Part shown: in pieces, positions 53,069-63,152 of the stretch
How the letters are laid out: every line of letters starts with the position of its first letter
Position numbering within the stretch: position 1 is the stretch's first letter
NCBI GenBank assembly: GCA_963712115.1
Contig: CAVQGX010000018.1
Span: forward strand, 64,001 to 128,000
DNA length: 64,000 bases
Direction of reading: 5' to 3'
From: an uncultured delta proteobacterium
Lineage (GTDB): Bacteria; Desulfobacterota; Syntrophobacteria; BM002
Position numbers and translations under genes: made by a program
Notes under the pieces: model-generated
Database searches by the model: none
The model's input: only the letters and a program-made list of their open reading frames with translations
What the model was told of the DNA's origin: nothing

Positions 53069-54364
53069 ATGCTAATATTTATTAGCGATTTGCATTTCAT
53101 CGATGGTACAGCCGGTGAACATAATGTTCCAACTGATGCTTTCAAGATTTTTTTTGAGGATATTGCCGGAACGGTAGACTGGTTAAGCCGCGATGGTCGC
53201 AAGATAGAAGAGATTAAACTTATTTTTTTGGGTGATACGTTCGATTTATTGAGAACAGAGATGTGGTTTGACTATCCAGAGACTGAACGGCCTTGGGGAA
53301 ATAACGAGGCAAAAATCGAGATGAACGGCAACACCATATTTGACGCTATTATCAATAAAAATCAAGCTACCTTTGAATTGTTGAGCGGTCAATTGAAAGA
53401 TGAATTCGGTCTTCCGGTTGAGCCGGAGAGAATTTACCTTCCTGGTAACCACGACCGGTTATGCAACAAATATCAAAGCTTGCGTGACAAGGTGTGCAAA
53501 AGTATGGGTATACCTCTTCGCACAACACCCTTTGACCACCATTTTCAGGACGTGGAGTATGCTGTCTTTGCAAGGCATGGTCACGAATATGACAAATTCA
53601 ACTATGAAGGAAGCATTTCTTATGATTACCAAGATTACATGAGAGTACCAATTGGTGATCCAATTACCACCGAGCTGGTGGCAAAGCTGCCGTGGAAGAT
53701 CATGCAGAACAAAAAGATCAAAAAGTTGCCGAAAAAAGAGCGAGAAACATTAAGAAGAAATTTTCAAGACATAGAAAACGTAAGACCCTTCTCGGCTGTG
53801 ATTGAATGGCTCCTGTATCAGGTCAAAAAGAGCCTCAGATTGAAAGATGTCATTGAAGACTCGGTTGATGAAGTCATAGAAGAATTTGAGCGACTAAAAT
53901 TCGTAAACCAGTGGTACAAACATCATGACAAGTGGAACGATTTCTTGGATGAGGCAGACAGAATCCAATCTGTGTTGTTTCTCCTTAAGAAATTTAAGGT
54001 CTTCCCTATGGAAAAACTAATCCCTTACTTGGCGAGGGTGAACAGTCGTTTTGCCGAAGATGACAATCTCAAAGCAGCAGCAGATGAATATGCGCATCTG
54101 GATAATCAGATAAGATACATAGTATACGGGCACACCCACGAGGCCAAACAGGTGGCCATACGAGTCAGAGAAGACCCTAGAGAACCTAAAGAACAAGTGT
54201 ATCTGAACACTGGCACTTGGCGGACAAGATACTACAAGACTACGGAGGGTTTGGGTTTTATAGGTTGGAAAAATCTCTCCTACGTTTCTTTCTTCAAAAA
54301 AGAAGAAAGGCGGACAGATGTTCCCATTTTTGAAACGTGGACGGGAACTTTGAAGAAAGTATGA
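53069..54364 (+). CDS. Calcineurin-like metallophosphoesterase
   Basis: All five motifs: SDLH, GDTFD, PGNHD, HGH, GHTH; SD AAGGAGG before the ATG at 53069. Confidence 0.88.
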   Translation: MLIFISDLHFIDGTAGEHNVPTDAFKIFFEDIAGTVDWLSRDGRKIEEIKLIFLGDTFDLLRTEMWFDYPETERPWGNNEAKIEMNGNTIFDAIINKNQATFELLSGQLKDEFGLPVEPERIYLPGNHDRLCNKYQSLRDKVCKSMGIPLRTTPFDHHFQDVEYAVFARHGHEYDKFNYEGSISYDYQDYMRVPIGDPITTELVAKLPWKIMQNKKIKKLPKKERETLRRNFQDIENVRPFSAVIEWLLYQVKKSLRLKDVIEDSVDEVIEEFERLKFVNQWYKHHDKWNDFLDEADRIQSVLFLLKKFKVFPMEKLIPYLARVNSRFAEDDNLKAAADEYAHLDNQIRYIVYGHTHEAKQVAIRVREDPREPKEQVYLNTGTWRTRYYKTTEGLGFIGWKNLSYVSFFKKEERRTDVPIFETWTGTLKKV

Positions 54365-54444
54365 GCCCAAAATTACCACACCACAAGCAAACATTCGAAG
54401 AAAACTTGATGTAAAACAAGTTCTATGCAGGAGTGGAGGACTCT

Positions 54445-56232
54445 ATGCCTGTTACAGCAGACATAGTTATGTGGGGGATACGGGCGGGTATCAGGTTGGC
54501 CCAACAGGGCAGACAGGCCTATGTTGAAGTCACCATAAACCGGGAGTTGACCTTACCTTTGCCCAACTACAATCCGAAGGTGTCTGTGGGCACCGCCGAG
54601 GGATATTTCAGCGGTGCCGGAAAGAGGCGCCTTAAAGAGAATGCCAGGCTCAAGGAGCTCTACGAGATCTCCATGTCTGTGGACCGGCAGCTAAAGGAGA
54701 AAGAGAAAAAAGAGTTCATTGAACTCTATGTCGATTTTAAACGCGAGGAAGAGATCAAATCGGGTGTGATCACTGGTGACGAGCTAGGCCTCTCCACAGA
54801 GGCCCTCCTCTCCCTGGTAACCGTTCGCCAGTGGGCAGCCAAAAAGACTCCTTTCGCTTCCGTCTACCAAAGAATTATTGGCACACTCATCGACATCGGC
54901 GTAGATTATTTCGCCAACACCCCCGGGGCCATTGAGGAAAAATCATCATCAGGGAGGGTGATTAAGGGATTCCTGCAATCCATAGATGAGCTCAATTTTG
55001 CTGAAGAAAAAGTTGATCAACTGGCTAAGAACTTGTTCATTGCGACCTTAGAGACCATTGAGGAAAATCCAGACCTGCTGGGCGGGGACGAAAAGACCGA
55101 GCAACTGGTGGAGGCGGTTGCTAAGGGCTTGATCAGGGATGCTCGAAAACTCACTGAAGATCTGGCCAGCCGAGATCTTGCCAAGCAGGAAAGGATTCAC
55201 GACTGGGCAAATCTGGTTTTCCGAAGTCTGTTGAGCAATGCAGGACACATGGTGCTCGCCAATCCCAGCACCTACCTGTCCGTAGACGACACTGCGGCTC
55301 AAGCCTTAATTGCTGCCGTAGGAACATCTGTTCTCGACACTATTATCACGGAAGACTCTATAGATCTCTCTGGGCTCTTGAGCCGGGAGGGACTGGACGC
55401 AGTCATGAGCGCAGCCCTCTTCACCCTGGCCGAGAATCCCTCTATAATGGGTGTAGATCACCAGGGACTGAGGAAGCTCCTCTCTCAAATCGCCCAGGAT
55501 CTTGCCCAATCATCGCTCCTGCTGAACCCAGACATCATTCCTGAAATGATGCGACTGATTCTTGAAAGAACTGCAGCTCATGCTGATCTCCTCTGGCCAG
55601 ATGAATTCCGGCAACCCGACAAGCACCTGCTGATAACCGCCTCTCGAGAACTTCTCAACCAGCTGGCAAAACCTCCGGCCCCAGGGGATACTTGGAAACC
55701 GAATCTTACCAAGAGCCAGATTCTTGGCATAGTTGAAACAGTCTTGGATGAAGTAGTCCAAAATCCTGAATGGCTGGTGAAAGCATCTGAGAGTGAGAAT
55801 GTTATTTTGGCGGATGTGGTCGAATCTGTTATGGCGGTATTACGAAAAGTACCGGCTAACCGGCTGAGCGGTGAAACAGGTGTGGAGGTGCTGAAATCTG
55901 CAATCAAGGCGGTGGCCCTGAGAAAAGATTTTGTTGAGAAAATAACTGTGGATGGAGCTCAGCAACGAGCGATTTCGGCTGCCCTTGAGAGGTTGATAGA
56001 TGCGTGTCTAACAGATGGGGTAGATCCGCAAGCCCGATGGACTCTGGCCAGGGGTGAGGTATTCAGCCTGATTGCCGAAACCGCCCTAACCAAACTGGCA
56101 GAAACGGGGATATCGGAAACGAACCTCGGCACAGTGGAAAAGTTCATCCGGGAAACCGCCGAGGATCTCGCCTCGGGAAGACCCTGGGAGCTGCAGCGGT
56201 TGATTGAAAAGATCAACAGTTTAGCTGTTTGA
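54445..56232 (+). CDS. Large alpha-helical hypothetical protein
   Basis: ~595-aa Leu/Ala/Glu-rich ORF, SD GGAGG; no catalytic motif recognised. Confidence 0.75.
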   Translation: MPVTADIVMWGIRAGIRLAQQGRQAYVEVTINRELTLPLPNYNPKVSVGTAEGYFSGAGKRRLKENARLKELYEISMSVDRQLKEKEKKEFIELYVDFKREEEIKSGVITGDELGLSTEALLSLVTVRQWAAKKTPFASVYQRIIGTLIDIGVDYFANTPGAIEEKSSSGRVIKGFLQSIDELNFAEEKVDQLAKNLFIATLETIEENPDLLGGDEKTEQLVEAVAKGLIRDARKLTEDLASRDLAKQERIHDWANLVFRSLLSNAGHMVLANPSTYLSVDDTAAQALIAAVGTSVLDTIITEDSIDLSGLLSREGLDAVMSAALFTLAENPSIMGVDHQGLRKLLSQIAQDLAQSSLLLNPDIIPEMMRLILERTAAHADLLWPDEFRQPDKHLLITASRELLNQLAKPPAPGDTWKPNLTKSQILGIVETVLDEVVQNPEWLVKASESENVILADVVESVMAVLRKVPANRLSGETGVEVLKSAIKAVALRKDFVEKITVDGAQQRAISAALERLIDACLTDGVDPQARWTLARGEVFSLIAETALTKLAETGISETNLGTVEKFIRETAEDLASGRPWELQRLIEKINSLAV

Positions 56233-56255
56233 TCTTTTAAAAGGAGGCCAGGTCA

Positions 56256-57062
56256 ATGATTTTCTATTTGCCATTGAAGTCGAAGAGCAAGGTTTTTGTT
56301 CTCCTTTTGGTATGGATCGCCATAGCGGCGTGTGTATCTCACGTAAAGGAACTGCGGGAAGCTCAGAGTCAATTTAGCCAGGCAGCGTCCTTGGAAAATG
56401 AGCTCCAAATTGATATGGAAGCCGGCGATGCCATTGCCATGAGCACTATGGTAACGAGCTCCTACCGACAAACGGTGAAGATACTTTCGGATCTACTCGA
56501 TAGCAAAAGACAACCATTGCAGGAAGACGGCCTCCTCGGAACCGCCTATACCCTGAAGGCGTATGCTGAATGGAGACTGGGTGATTACGAAACGGCGGTT
56601 GCCACATCGTCAGCGGCTTTGGAGGCAAAACTGTTTCCCCGCGACCTGGCCTTGATCACGGCTCTCCGAGGTCTCATAAAGAATGATCAGGCGTACTATC
56701 ACATGCAAGAAAAGGACTACGCCTACAGGGATATCAAAATACTTCTCGAGGAAGCCCTGGAGGATATCACGAAGGGTCTGGCAACAGCCGGTAAAGAGGA
56801 GAATATTCGTATCTACCTCCTCTTATCTGAACTCATCGTTTTGAAAAACTGGACCGACCTTCGAGGTGAGCCGCGAAAGTTTGCCCGGGAGATTCCAACA
56901 AATTTTAGTAAACCGGCTGAAATTTCAGCTTGGTGCAGAAGTGCTCAACCGGTGTGGGCCATGTTCCAGGAGGAAGTGAAGAGGCTCAGGCCGGATGAGG
57001 CCCCGGCATTGATCCAAGACTGGAGCAGGAAACTCGCTGTGAAGGAGACATGTTCGAATTAG
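56256..57062 (+). CDS. Putative lipoprotein, TPR-like helical
   Basis: Lipobox-like IAAC after a hydrophobic stretch; AYTLKAYAEWRLGDYETA TPR-like segment. Confidence 0.7.
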   Translation: MIFYLPLKSKSKVFVLLLVWIAIAACVSHVKELREAQSQFSQAASLENELQIDMEAGDAIAMSTMVTSSYRQTVKILSDLLDSKRQPLQEDGLLGTAYTLKAYAEWRLGDYETAVATSSAALEAKLFPRDLALITALRGLIKNDQAYYHMQEKDYAYRDIKILLEEALEDITKGLATAGKEENIRIYLLLSELIVLKNWTDLRGEPRKFAREIPTNFSKPAEISAWCRSAQPVWAMFQEEVKRLRPDEAPALIQDWSRKLAVKETCSN

Positions 57063-57154
57063 AGGAAATTATAATTTGTGGCAGAAGAGACACGCGGCAA
57101 CTACTCTGTTCAGAACAGTAAAGCTCTTGGATAAACAAATAGGGGAGAAAAAAG

Positions 57155-58147
57155 ATGCCGAAAAAAGCCGATGCCGTCTTTGAAGGTGGTGGGGTGAAGG
57201 GTATCGGGCTGGTAGGAGCAGTAGCTGAAATTGAGAAGGCAGGGTACGTTTTTGAAAACCTGGCGGGAACGTCAGCCGGCGCCATTGTATCTTCACTTCT
57301 TGCAGTGGGTTACAGTGCAGGGGAAATTAAAAAAGAGCTTGAACAGCTCAACTACAACGACTTCAAAGACGAGGGCTTTTTGGATAAGCTTGGCTTCTTC
57401 GGCAAGAGCTTGAGCATTGGCTTTGAGTATGGGATCTACGAGGGGGAGATCTTTGAAAACTGGCTCGAGGGATTACTGGTGGCTAAAGGGAAGACCACCT
57501 TTGGGCAGATAAAGACGAAGTACAAGGAAGACAAGTATAAATACAAATTTCAGGCTATCGCAGCCGATATTACCGATAGGCGACTCCTTGTCCTTCCTAA
57601 CGATTTGAAGTTATTTGGCATTAATCCCGATGAATTCAGCATCTCCCGCGCGGTGAGGATGAGTATGAGCATTCCCTTTTTCTTTGAACCAGTGGAGTTT
57701 CGAGACCCCAGCGGCAGAAAACATTTCATTGTGGATGGTGGACTTTTGAGCAACTATCCAATTTGGCTCTTGGATGACGGCACAGGCGATCCGCCCTGGC
57801 CCACCTTCGGGTTCAAACTCATGGAACCGGACAAGAGAGAATTAAAGGAAGCCAAGAGAAATCCCATTAACAACCCTATAAGCTTTCTCAAGGCTATTGT
57901 GGGGACTATGTTAGACGCCCACGACAACTACCATATCTCTAAGTCAAAGGGCGACTTCGACAGGACAATTGGTATACCAACAATAGTAACGGTTAATGGT
58001 ACCGAGAAAGAAATAGGAACCACAGACTTCAACATAACTCAGGAAGAAAGCCAGGCGCTGTTTGAGAACGGGGTGAAAGCTGCCCAGCAATTTCTCAAGA
58101 AATGGGATTTTGAAAAGTGGAAGAAGAAATACAGGCGGAAGAAGTAA
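57155..58147 (+). CDS. Patatin-like phospholipase
   Basis: GGGVKG oxyanion loop, GTSAG nucleophile, SMSIPFFF, VDGG. Confidence 0.95.
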   Translation: MPKKADAVFEGGGVKGIGLVGAVAEIEKAGYVFENLAGTSAGAIVSSLLAVGYSAGEIKKELEQLNYNDFKDEGFLDKLGFFGKSLSIGFEYGIYEGEIFENWLEGLLVAKGKTTFGQIKTKYKEDKYKYKFQAIAADITDRRLLVLPNDLKLFGINPDEFSISRAVRMSMSIPFFFEPVEFRDPSGRKHFIVDGGLLSNYPIWLLDDGTGDPPWPTFGFKLMEPDKRELKEAKRNPINNPISFLKAIVGTMLDAHDNYHISKSKGDFDRTIGIPTIVTVNGTEKEIGTTDFNITQEESQALFENGVKAAQQFLKKWDFEKWKKKYRRKK

Positions 58148-58156
58148 AGACTAATG

Positions 58157-58211
58157 CTAGCCCGGATGTTTCATGGTCTCGCGACAGCAATTCATGAAAC
58201 ATCCGGGCTAA
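58157..58211. repeat. Internally deleted MITE copy
   Basis: CTAGCCCGGATGTTTCATGG...ATTCATGAAACATCCGGGCTAA. Confidence 0.75.
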
Positions 58212-58241
58212 ATCAGCTCAAAAATACGACCAATTGCTTCT

Positions 58242-58667
58242 TTAGCAGTTGTCAACGTAGTGGACACCGCGAAGATTAGGAATTGTTTTGAGGCCAACTA
58301 TCGGTTTGCCGATCTTAAGGCCGTGGCCGATCTCTGACAGGGTGCCGGCGCCGCCAGACACTGCCACCAGGCCGTCGGCGGTGTGAGCTATGATAACATT
58401 TCGAGCCTGACCCATGTCCGTGGCGACTGGTATCTTGATGTATGGATTAGCACTATTGCATGAAGGCCCTGGTAATATGCCAACCGTGAGACCGCCAGCC
58501 ATGGATGCGCCTTTGGCGGCGGCTTCCATGACTCCACCCAAACCACCGCAAACTAGGATTGCACCTCTTTTGGCAATCTCTTCACCAACCTCCAGAGCAA
58601 GTTGATAAATGGAGCTCTCACACTGTCCAGCACCGATAACTGCAATAATTGGTGGAGACTGGCTCAT
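58242..58667 (-). CDS. TIGR00725-family (LOG/DprA-like Rossmann) protein
   Basis: CGGLGGVMEAAAKGA, TVGILP, ARNVII, GTLSEI. A probable 1-nt insertion near the 3' end truncates ...TAKEAIGRIFELI. Confidence 0.85.
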   Translation of the reverse strand: MSQSPPIIAVIGAGQCESSIYQLALEVGEEIAKRGAILVCGGLGGVMEAAAKGASMAGGLTVGILPGPSCNSANPYIKIPVATDMGQARNVIIAHTADGLVAVSGGAGTLSEIGHGLKIGKPIVGLKTIPNLRGVHYVDNC

Positions 58668-58673
58668 GAGAAC

Positions 58674-59315
58674 TTACTCCTTCCAGCCGTGCGTGCCCAG
58701 TAAATTGACAAAGCGGCAACCACCCAGATCAATTTTGGTAATTCCTTCCTTTACTCGGACAATTTTCATAAGCGCTTGAGTGTACCGATCTCCCACGGGG
58801 ACGACCAGCCTTCCCCCCATAGCCAGTTGGTCCACTAGAGGTTGCGGAACGTCCGGAGACCCTGCAGTTACCATGATTGCATCAAAAGGTGCTTCCTCCT
58901 TCAGGCCGAGAGTACCGTCCCCCACCTTAAGGACCACGTTGAAGTACCCTAGATCGTCCAGGATGCGCTGCGCCCTGGCTGATAGGGTGCGGATGCGTTC
59001 AATGGAATAGATTTTCTCAGCGAGTTCTGCTAGGATTGCCGTCTGGTAGCCAGAGCCCGTGCCGATTTCCAAGACCCTCTCTTGTCCCTGCAGTTCCAGG
59101 GCTTCCGTCATCAGTGCAACCATGTAGGGCTGGGAGATCGTTTGTTTCTCGCCAATGGGAAGGGGATGATCATTGTAGGCTTGGCTGACGAGAGCTTCTT
59201 CGACGAAACGGTGGCGGGGAACTTTTCGCATAGTGTCCAGAACGCGGGCATCTTTAATGCCACGGCTGATAAGCTGGCTTTCCACCATGCGGTTGCGAGC
59301 TGTGGCATACTCCAT
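58674..59315 (-). CDS. pcm: Protein-L-isoaspartate O-methyltransferase
   Basis: [38 protein letters not shown]. Confidence 0.96.
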   Translation of the reverse strand: MEYATARNRMVESQLISRGIKDARVLDTMRKVPRHRFVEEALVSQAYNDHPLPIGEKQTISQPYMVALMTEALELQGQERVLEIGTGSGYQTAILAELAEKIYSIERIRTLSARAQRILDDLGYFNVVLKVGDGTLGLKEEAPFDAIMVTAGSPDVPQPLVDQLAMGGRLVVPVGDRYTQALMKIVRVKEGITKIDLGGCRFVNLLGTHGWKE

Positions 59316-59364
59316 CTAACCCTCCCCACGGGTCAAACTGCCCGTGGATTAAGGTAGATTAGCC

Positions 59365-59865
59365 ATGGACCATTTGTCAACGCAAAATCCCAGTAAAGTA
59401 AAGGAAGATAACACCCATTTTGGTTACAGTCTCCGACTGCTGCTCTTTATTCTGATGACCATGGTCATTTTCCTGGTTCACTGTACCAAGCCAATGACGC
59501 ACAAGGAGGTAATGGTAACCAATCGGCCGGAGAAGAAGGTCTTCAAGATGAAGCCTGATGTGGTCAGAGAGGCGGTAGAGAGGGCGCTGGAGAAGAAGAA
59601 GTTCATCCTAGCGGCAAAGCAAAGCAATGAACTGCACCTTGAAACAGAGTGGCTGGAAGACGAGGGTTACAGAAGCAGGGTAGTGGCGGACATCGAACCG
59701 CTGTCCCGGAGCAAAACCCAGCTTACCCTAATGGTGTATCTCGAACAAAAACTCGTATTCAAGGACGAATGGAAACCAATGGATGAAATAGGAGAGGACA
59801 CCTACAAGATTTTGATGGGTGACATCGAGATGGAGTGCTATCGTGTCCTTTACGACCGTACGTAA
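59365..59865 (+). CDS. Putative lipoprotein
   Basis: Hydrophobic stretch ending LVHC; LETEW motif reminiscent of BamC-like domains. Confidence 0.6.
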   Translation: MDHLSTQNPSKVKEDNTHFGYSLRLLLFILMTMVIFLVHCTKPMTHKEVMVTNRPEKKVFKMKPDVVREAVERALEKKKFILAAKQSNELHLETEWLEDEGYRSRVVADIEPLSRSKTQLTLMVYLEQKLVFKDEWKPMDEIGEDTYKILMGDIEMECYRVLYDRT

Positions 59866-60667
59866 AGCCATTATACCAGCCGCTGGCTTGGGCACGAGAG
59901 TGAGGGCAATTACTGGAGACTTGCCAAAAGAGCTTCTGACCGTGGCGGCGAAGCCCCTAATCGTCCATGCCATAGAGGGTTTGGCTACTAGCGGTGTTCG
60001 CCAGATAGCTGTGGTCATCAGCCCAGCCAAAGAGAGTATCCGCCAATTTCTCCTGGGAAACCCACCCGAATTCCTTGCCCCCCTGTTGGATGCTCATTTG
60101 AGAGTTCTCTTTAAAGCCTGCAAGTTCAGCTTTTTTGTTCAGCCCGAACCAAGCGGCTTGGCAGACGCGGTAAGTCTTTGCCGGGAATTTATAGGCAACG
60201 AGCCCTTTGCTTTAATTATGCCGGATAACATTTTGCTCGATGGCCTTCCGGTGGTGAGCCAAATGATACCCTTTTTTTCAAGCGAAGGTCGAGACATGTT
60301 AGGGGCCATTGGCTTAAGAATGGAAGAAGCCTCTCGTTTTGGCAATGTGGGCATCCTTGAGACAGAAATTATTCCTGGTAGGAGCCCAAGATTTAGGAAG
60401 GTCTCTGGCTTCTCTGACAAGACGGGCGACCCTCTGAGTATCCCTCCCGGACAAAAGCTGCTCAAGAATTTCGGTGGCAGCATATTCCTGCCGCACTTTT
60501 TTGATTACATCGAACAATGTCGCCCTAATGCTCAAAATGAACTGGACGATGTTCCAGTTATCCAGGCCATCCTCAGGGATCAGGGATTAGATGTAGTAGT
60601 ACTTGAGGGAAATGGCTTTGACGTGGGAAATCCTGCGGGATATTGGGCAGCAAATCTCCATATCTAA
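59819..60667 (+). CDS. Sugar-phosphate nucleotidyltransferase (GalU-like)
   Basis: KAIIPAAGLGTR, LPKELL, QPEPSGLADAV, DVGNPAGY. Start uncertain. Confidence 0.88.
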   Translation: MTSRWSAIVSFTTVRKAIIPAAGLGTRVRAITGDLPKELLTVAAKPLIVHAIEGLATSGVRQIAVVISPAKESIRQFLLGNPPEFLAPLLDAHLRVLFKACKFSFFVQPEPSGLADAVSLCREFIGNEPFALIMPDNILLDGLPVVSQMIPFFSSEGRDMLGAIGLRMEEASRFGNVGILETEIIPGRSPRFRKVSGFSDKTGDPLSIPPGQKLLKNFGGSIFLPHFFDYIEQCRPNAQNELDDVPVIQAILRDQGLDVVVLEGNGFDVGNPAGYWAANLHI

Positions 60668-60918
60668 AGCAAACAGCCGCAGCGACTAGGATGGTAGGGG
60701 CAAAGCCCAGCATGGCGCAAAGCGCATGGCGTCAATTTGTCAATTAGTTAATTAGTAAAATTGTTGGAATCGTTCAAGTCTTTGACATCGCCGCTGAAAG
60801 CCACTCTCACAGTAGAATCTCTCCTCTTTACTCTGAGTTCTGCCCCCCTTGCGGTCGAATTACTCTGCCCTTTGCAGCAAGCTAACGGCTGAGCGCTGGT
60901 AGCTGAAAACTTTCCTGC

Positions 60919-62961
60919 CTAAAGCATATTGACCAATTCTGCATATTCGAGCCAAAGGGATTCCAGAGGATGGAGTCTTCTGTTGGTCTCTTTTTCGACC
61001 TCGGAAACTCCTAGACGCTTCAGGGCTAGTTGGCGGAGTTTTAATCGATAATAGGTGCCGAAAAACATTGGCCCTGCCGAGGTGACCAAAAAGGGAGAGA
61101 ACCTCTCGGGCTGTTCCACTCCCCCAGAGAAGGGTGCCACCTGGGTGCCTTGATAGAGAAATGGGAGGTTGTCTTTCCAGGAGGAGTCGTACTGCTCCGG
61201 GCCGAGGAATTCTGCTGGTCTTTGAGCTAGCAAAAAATCGAAAGCTATCGGATTGTGCACTTGCGTCAAAGGGCGCAGGGCAAAAAGGTTGATCTTAGAA
61301 GAGTTGTCAAGGATTGTCTCAAGATTAGATGGGGAGGAATCTCTTTCACTGGCAAAAACACCCAGTCCTAAAAAAGGATAGCTTTCACGCCAACGGTCGA
61401 TTGCCAGCTGCAGACTTGGCTGTGATGCTCTGGAAGTATCGTCGATAAACAAAAACAAAGGGGTGTGGTCGAATCGATGGATCAGCTTCACCAGGTAAGG
61501 TAGATAGTCGAGGTCCTGGTCGCGTTTGGATGAAATGAAGAACTTGTCAACAATGGGCAAAACTAAGTACTCCAACCGGTTGCTGCTGAGCCACTCCTGG
61601 CCGGTCCTGATGAGAGCCCAAAGCAAGCTCAATTTTTCAGAGTGATTTTTCTTTTTCTTGCGGTACCAGGAAAGTGTCTGGTCCACTTGGTGGCGAGCGG
61701 CTGTGGGCGGGACAAAAGTAATGGCCAATCCTTTTCCCTCAGTCAACCTTTGATGGTCGCCAGACTGGAGTATTTCCTTCGCTTGGCCCATGAGTTGCTC
61801 CCATTCGCCGAGAGGTAACCCGTTCAAAAGGAGGCTAACCCTCAAGGTCCAAAGTCTGTGGAGAATTTGCGGCCTAACCAACCTTTTTCCCCAGAGGCCA
61901 AAGAGGTCTTCAGCTTGTTCTCTTAAGGAATGACCGAGGGGGAATGGAGAAGACCTTTCTCTGTCGGAAAGCTCTACAATAAAATCCCTCCTGAGAGCCT
62001 GGACCCTTTGAGAAAATTGGACTGCAGCCTCGGCAGAAATCTGATGGGTGAAGGAGGGAGCGCCCCAGCCGGAGGCAGCTCCTAGACTGGCGTTGTGCAG
62101 GGTGATCACCACCCGTTTAGACCTCCGGCTCACCTCCATAGCCAAACGAAAGACCTCAGAGAGCTCCTTTACCTGATAGGAGATCAATTTCTCCAAAAAA
62201 GCGGTTTCCACCTGACTGCGCTGACCCCAAGAGTGGATACGGAGATTTTTATCCAATACCCTTTTCTCACTGGAATAGAGGTTCACTCTTGAACAGGATG
62301 CAAGGTCTTCAACAGATGTCATCTTGGCCCAATGTCTGAGGGACCCCATGGGAGTGAGTCGGTTGCTTGCGGCAAGGGCCTCAGAGATTTCTCCGGGGGA
62401 AAGAGTCTCTTTTTCAAGAAAGCGCTTTCTCAAACCAGACTTAAGAGGGTAGGAAAGGCGCCGGACCAATAGGGACAAAAGAGATCTGCGTGAAGCACTG
62501 GGTAAAGGACCGGAGAGAAGGCTTGACTCCAAAGGCCAAGCAGATGAAGACCGCTTGAGCACGACCTCCAAAAGGGTGGCAAGGGGACGGCAGTCTTGAG
62601 GATTCTCCATACAAGAAATCAATTCCGCCACTGCCTGGCGCACTGAACTGTGCTCATACCATTTTAAAGGTAACCAGTCAGGCAGCCAGCGGAGCAGTCG
62701 GAGAAAATGGTTCAACTCATCTTCGACAGGAGGGCTGAAGATCAGTACCCTAGCTGCCTGGCGCACCTCCGGGCAGTTGTCAACCAAGCCCCTGGCAAGA
62801 CAAACGAGACCTTCTCGGCTTGATTGATTATTTGAAGAGAAAAGACGACGGGCACCATTGACAAGATGGGGAGCAGTGTTCTGCAGGACTCTCAAGAAAG
62901 GGCGAAGGGGCTCTGGATCATTAAATTTCCAGATTTCCATGGGAGTTATCTCCGCCAGCAA
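60919..62961 (-). CDS. Large hypothetical protein
   Basis: 680-aa ORF; no family recognised. Confidence 0.7.
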   Translation of the reverse strand: MLAEITPMEIWKFNDPEPLRPFLRVLQNTAPHLVNGARRLFSSNNQSSREGLVCLARGLVDNCPEVRQAARVLIFSPPVEDELNHFLRLLRWLPDWLPLKWYEHSSVRQAVAELISCMENPQDCRPLATLLEVVLKRSSSAWPLESSLLSGPLPSASRRSLLSLLVRRLSYPLKSGLRKRFLEKETLSPGEISEALAASNRLTPMGSLRHWAKMTSVEDLASCSRVNLYSSEKRVLDKNLRIHSWGQRSQVETAFLEKLISYQVKELSEVFRLAMEVSRRSKRVVITLHNASLGAASGWGAPSFTHQISAEAAVQFSQRVQALRRDFIVELSDRERSSPFPLGHSLREQAEDLFGLWGKRLVRPQILHRLWTLRVSLLLNGLPLGEWEQLMGQAKEILQSGDHQRLTEGKGLAITFVPPTAARHQVDQTLSWYRKKKKNHSEKLSLLWALIRTGQEWLSSNRLEYLVLPIVDKFFISSKRDQDLDYLPYLVKLIHRFDHTPLFLFIDDTSRASQPSLQLAIDRWRESYPFLGLGVFASERDSSPSNLETILDNSSKINLFALRPLTQVHNPIAFDFLLAQRPAEFLGPEQYDSSWKDNLPFLYQGTQVAPFSGGVEQPERFSPFLVTSAGPMFFGTYYRLKLRQLALKRLGVSEVEKETNRRLHPLESLWLEYAELVNML

Positions 62962-63152
62962 CTTTACATAACTGGAAAGAAGATTATATTAGAAGGATAT
63001 TGGCTGATTGGCAAGGGGAACAGCGAAGGAGGAACTTTGAGGATAGCTAAGTGTCTAACTGCTGATAAGAAGCTAGGTCTAAAGTTTACCAGTCGCTAGG
63101 ACGAAAGAAAACTTTCAGAGGGGATAATTTTATAGTTTGGAAAGGAGAGGAT

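Noticed and set aside
51982-58147. Calling the patatin operon CBASS
   Set aside because: No CD-NTase or Cap2/Cap3 motifs are recognisable in any of the ORFs.
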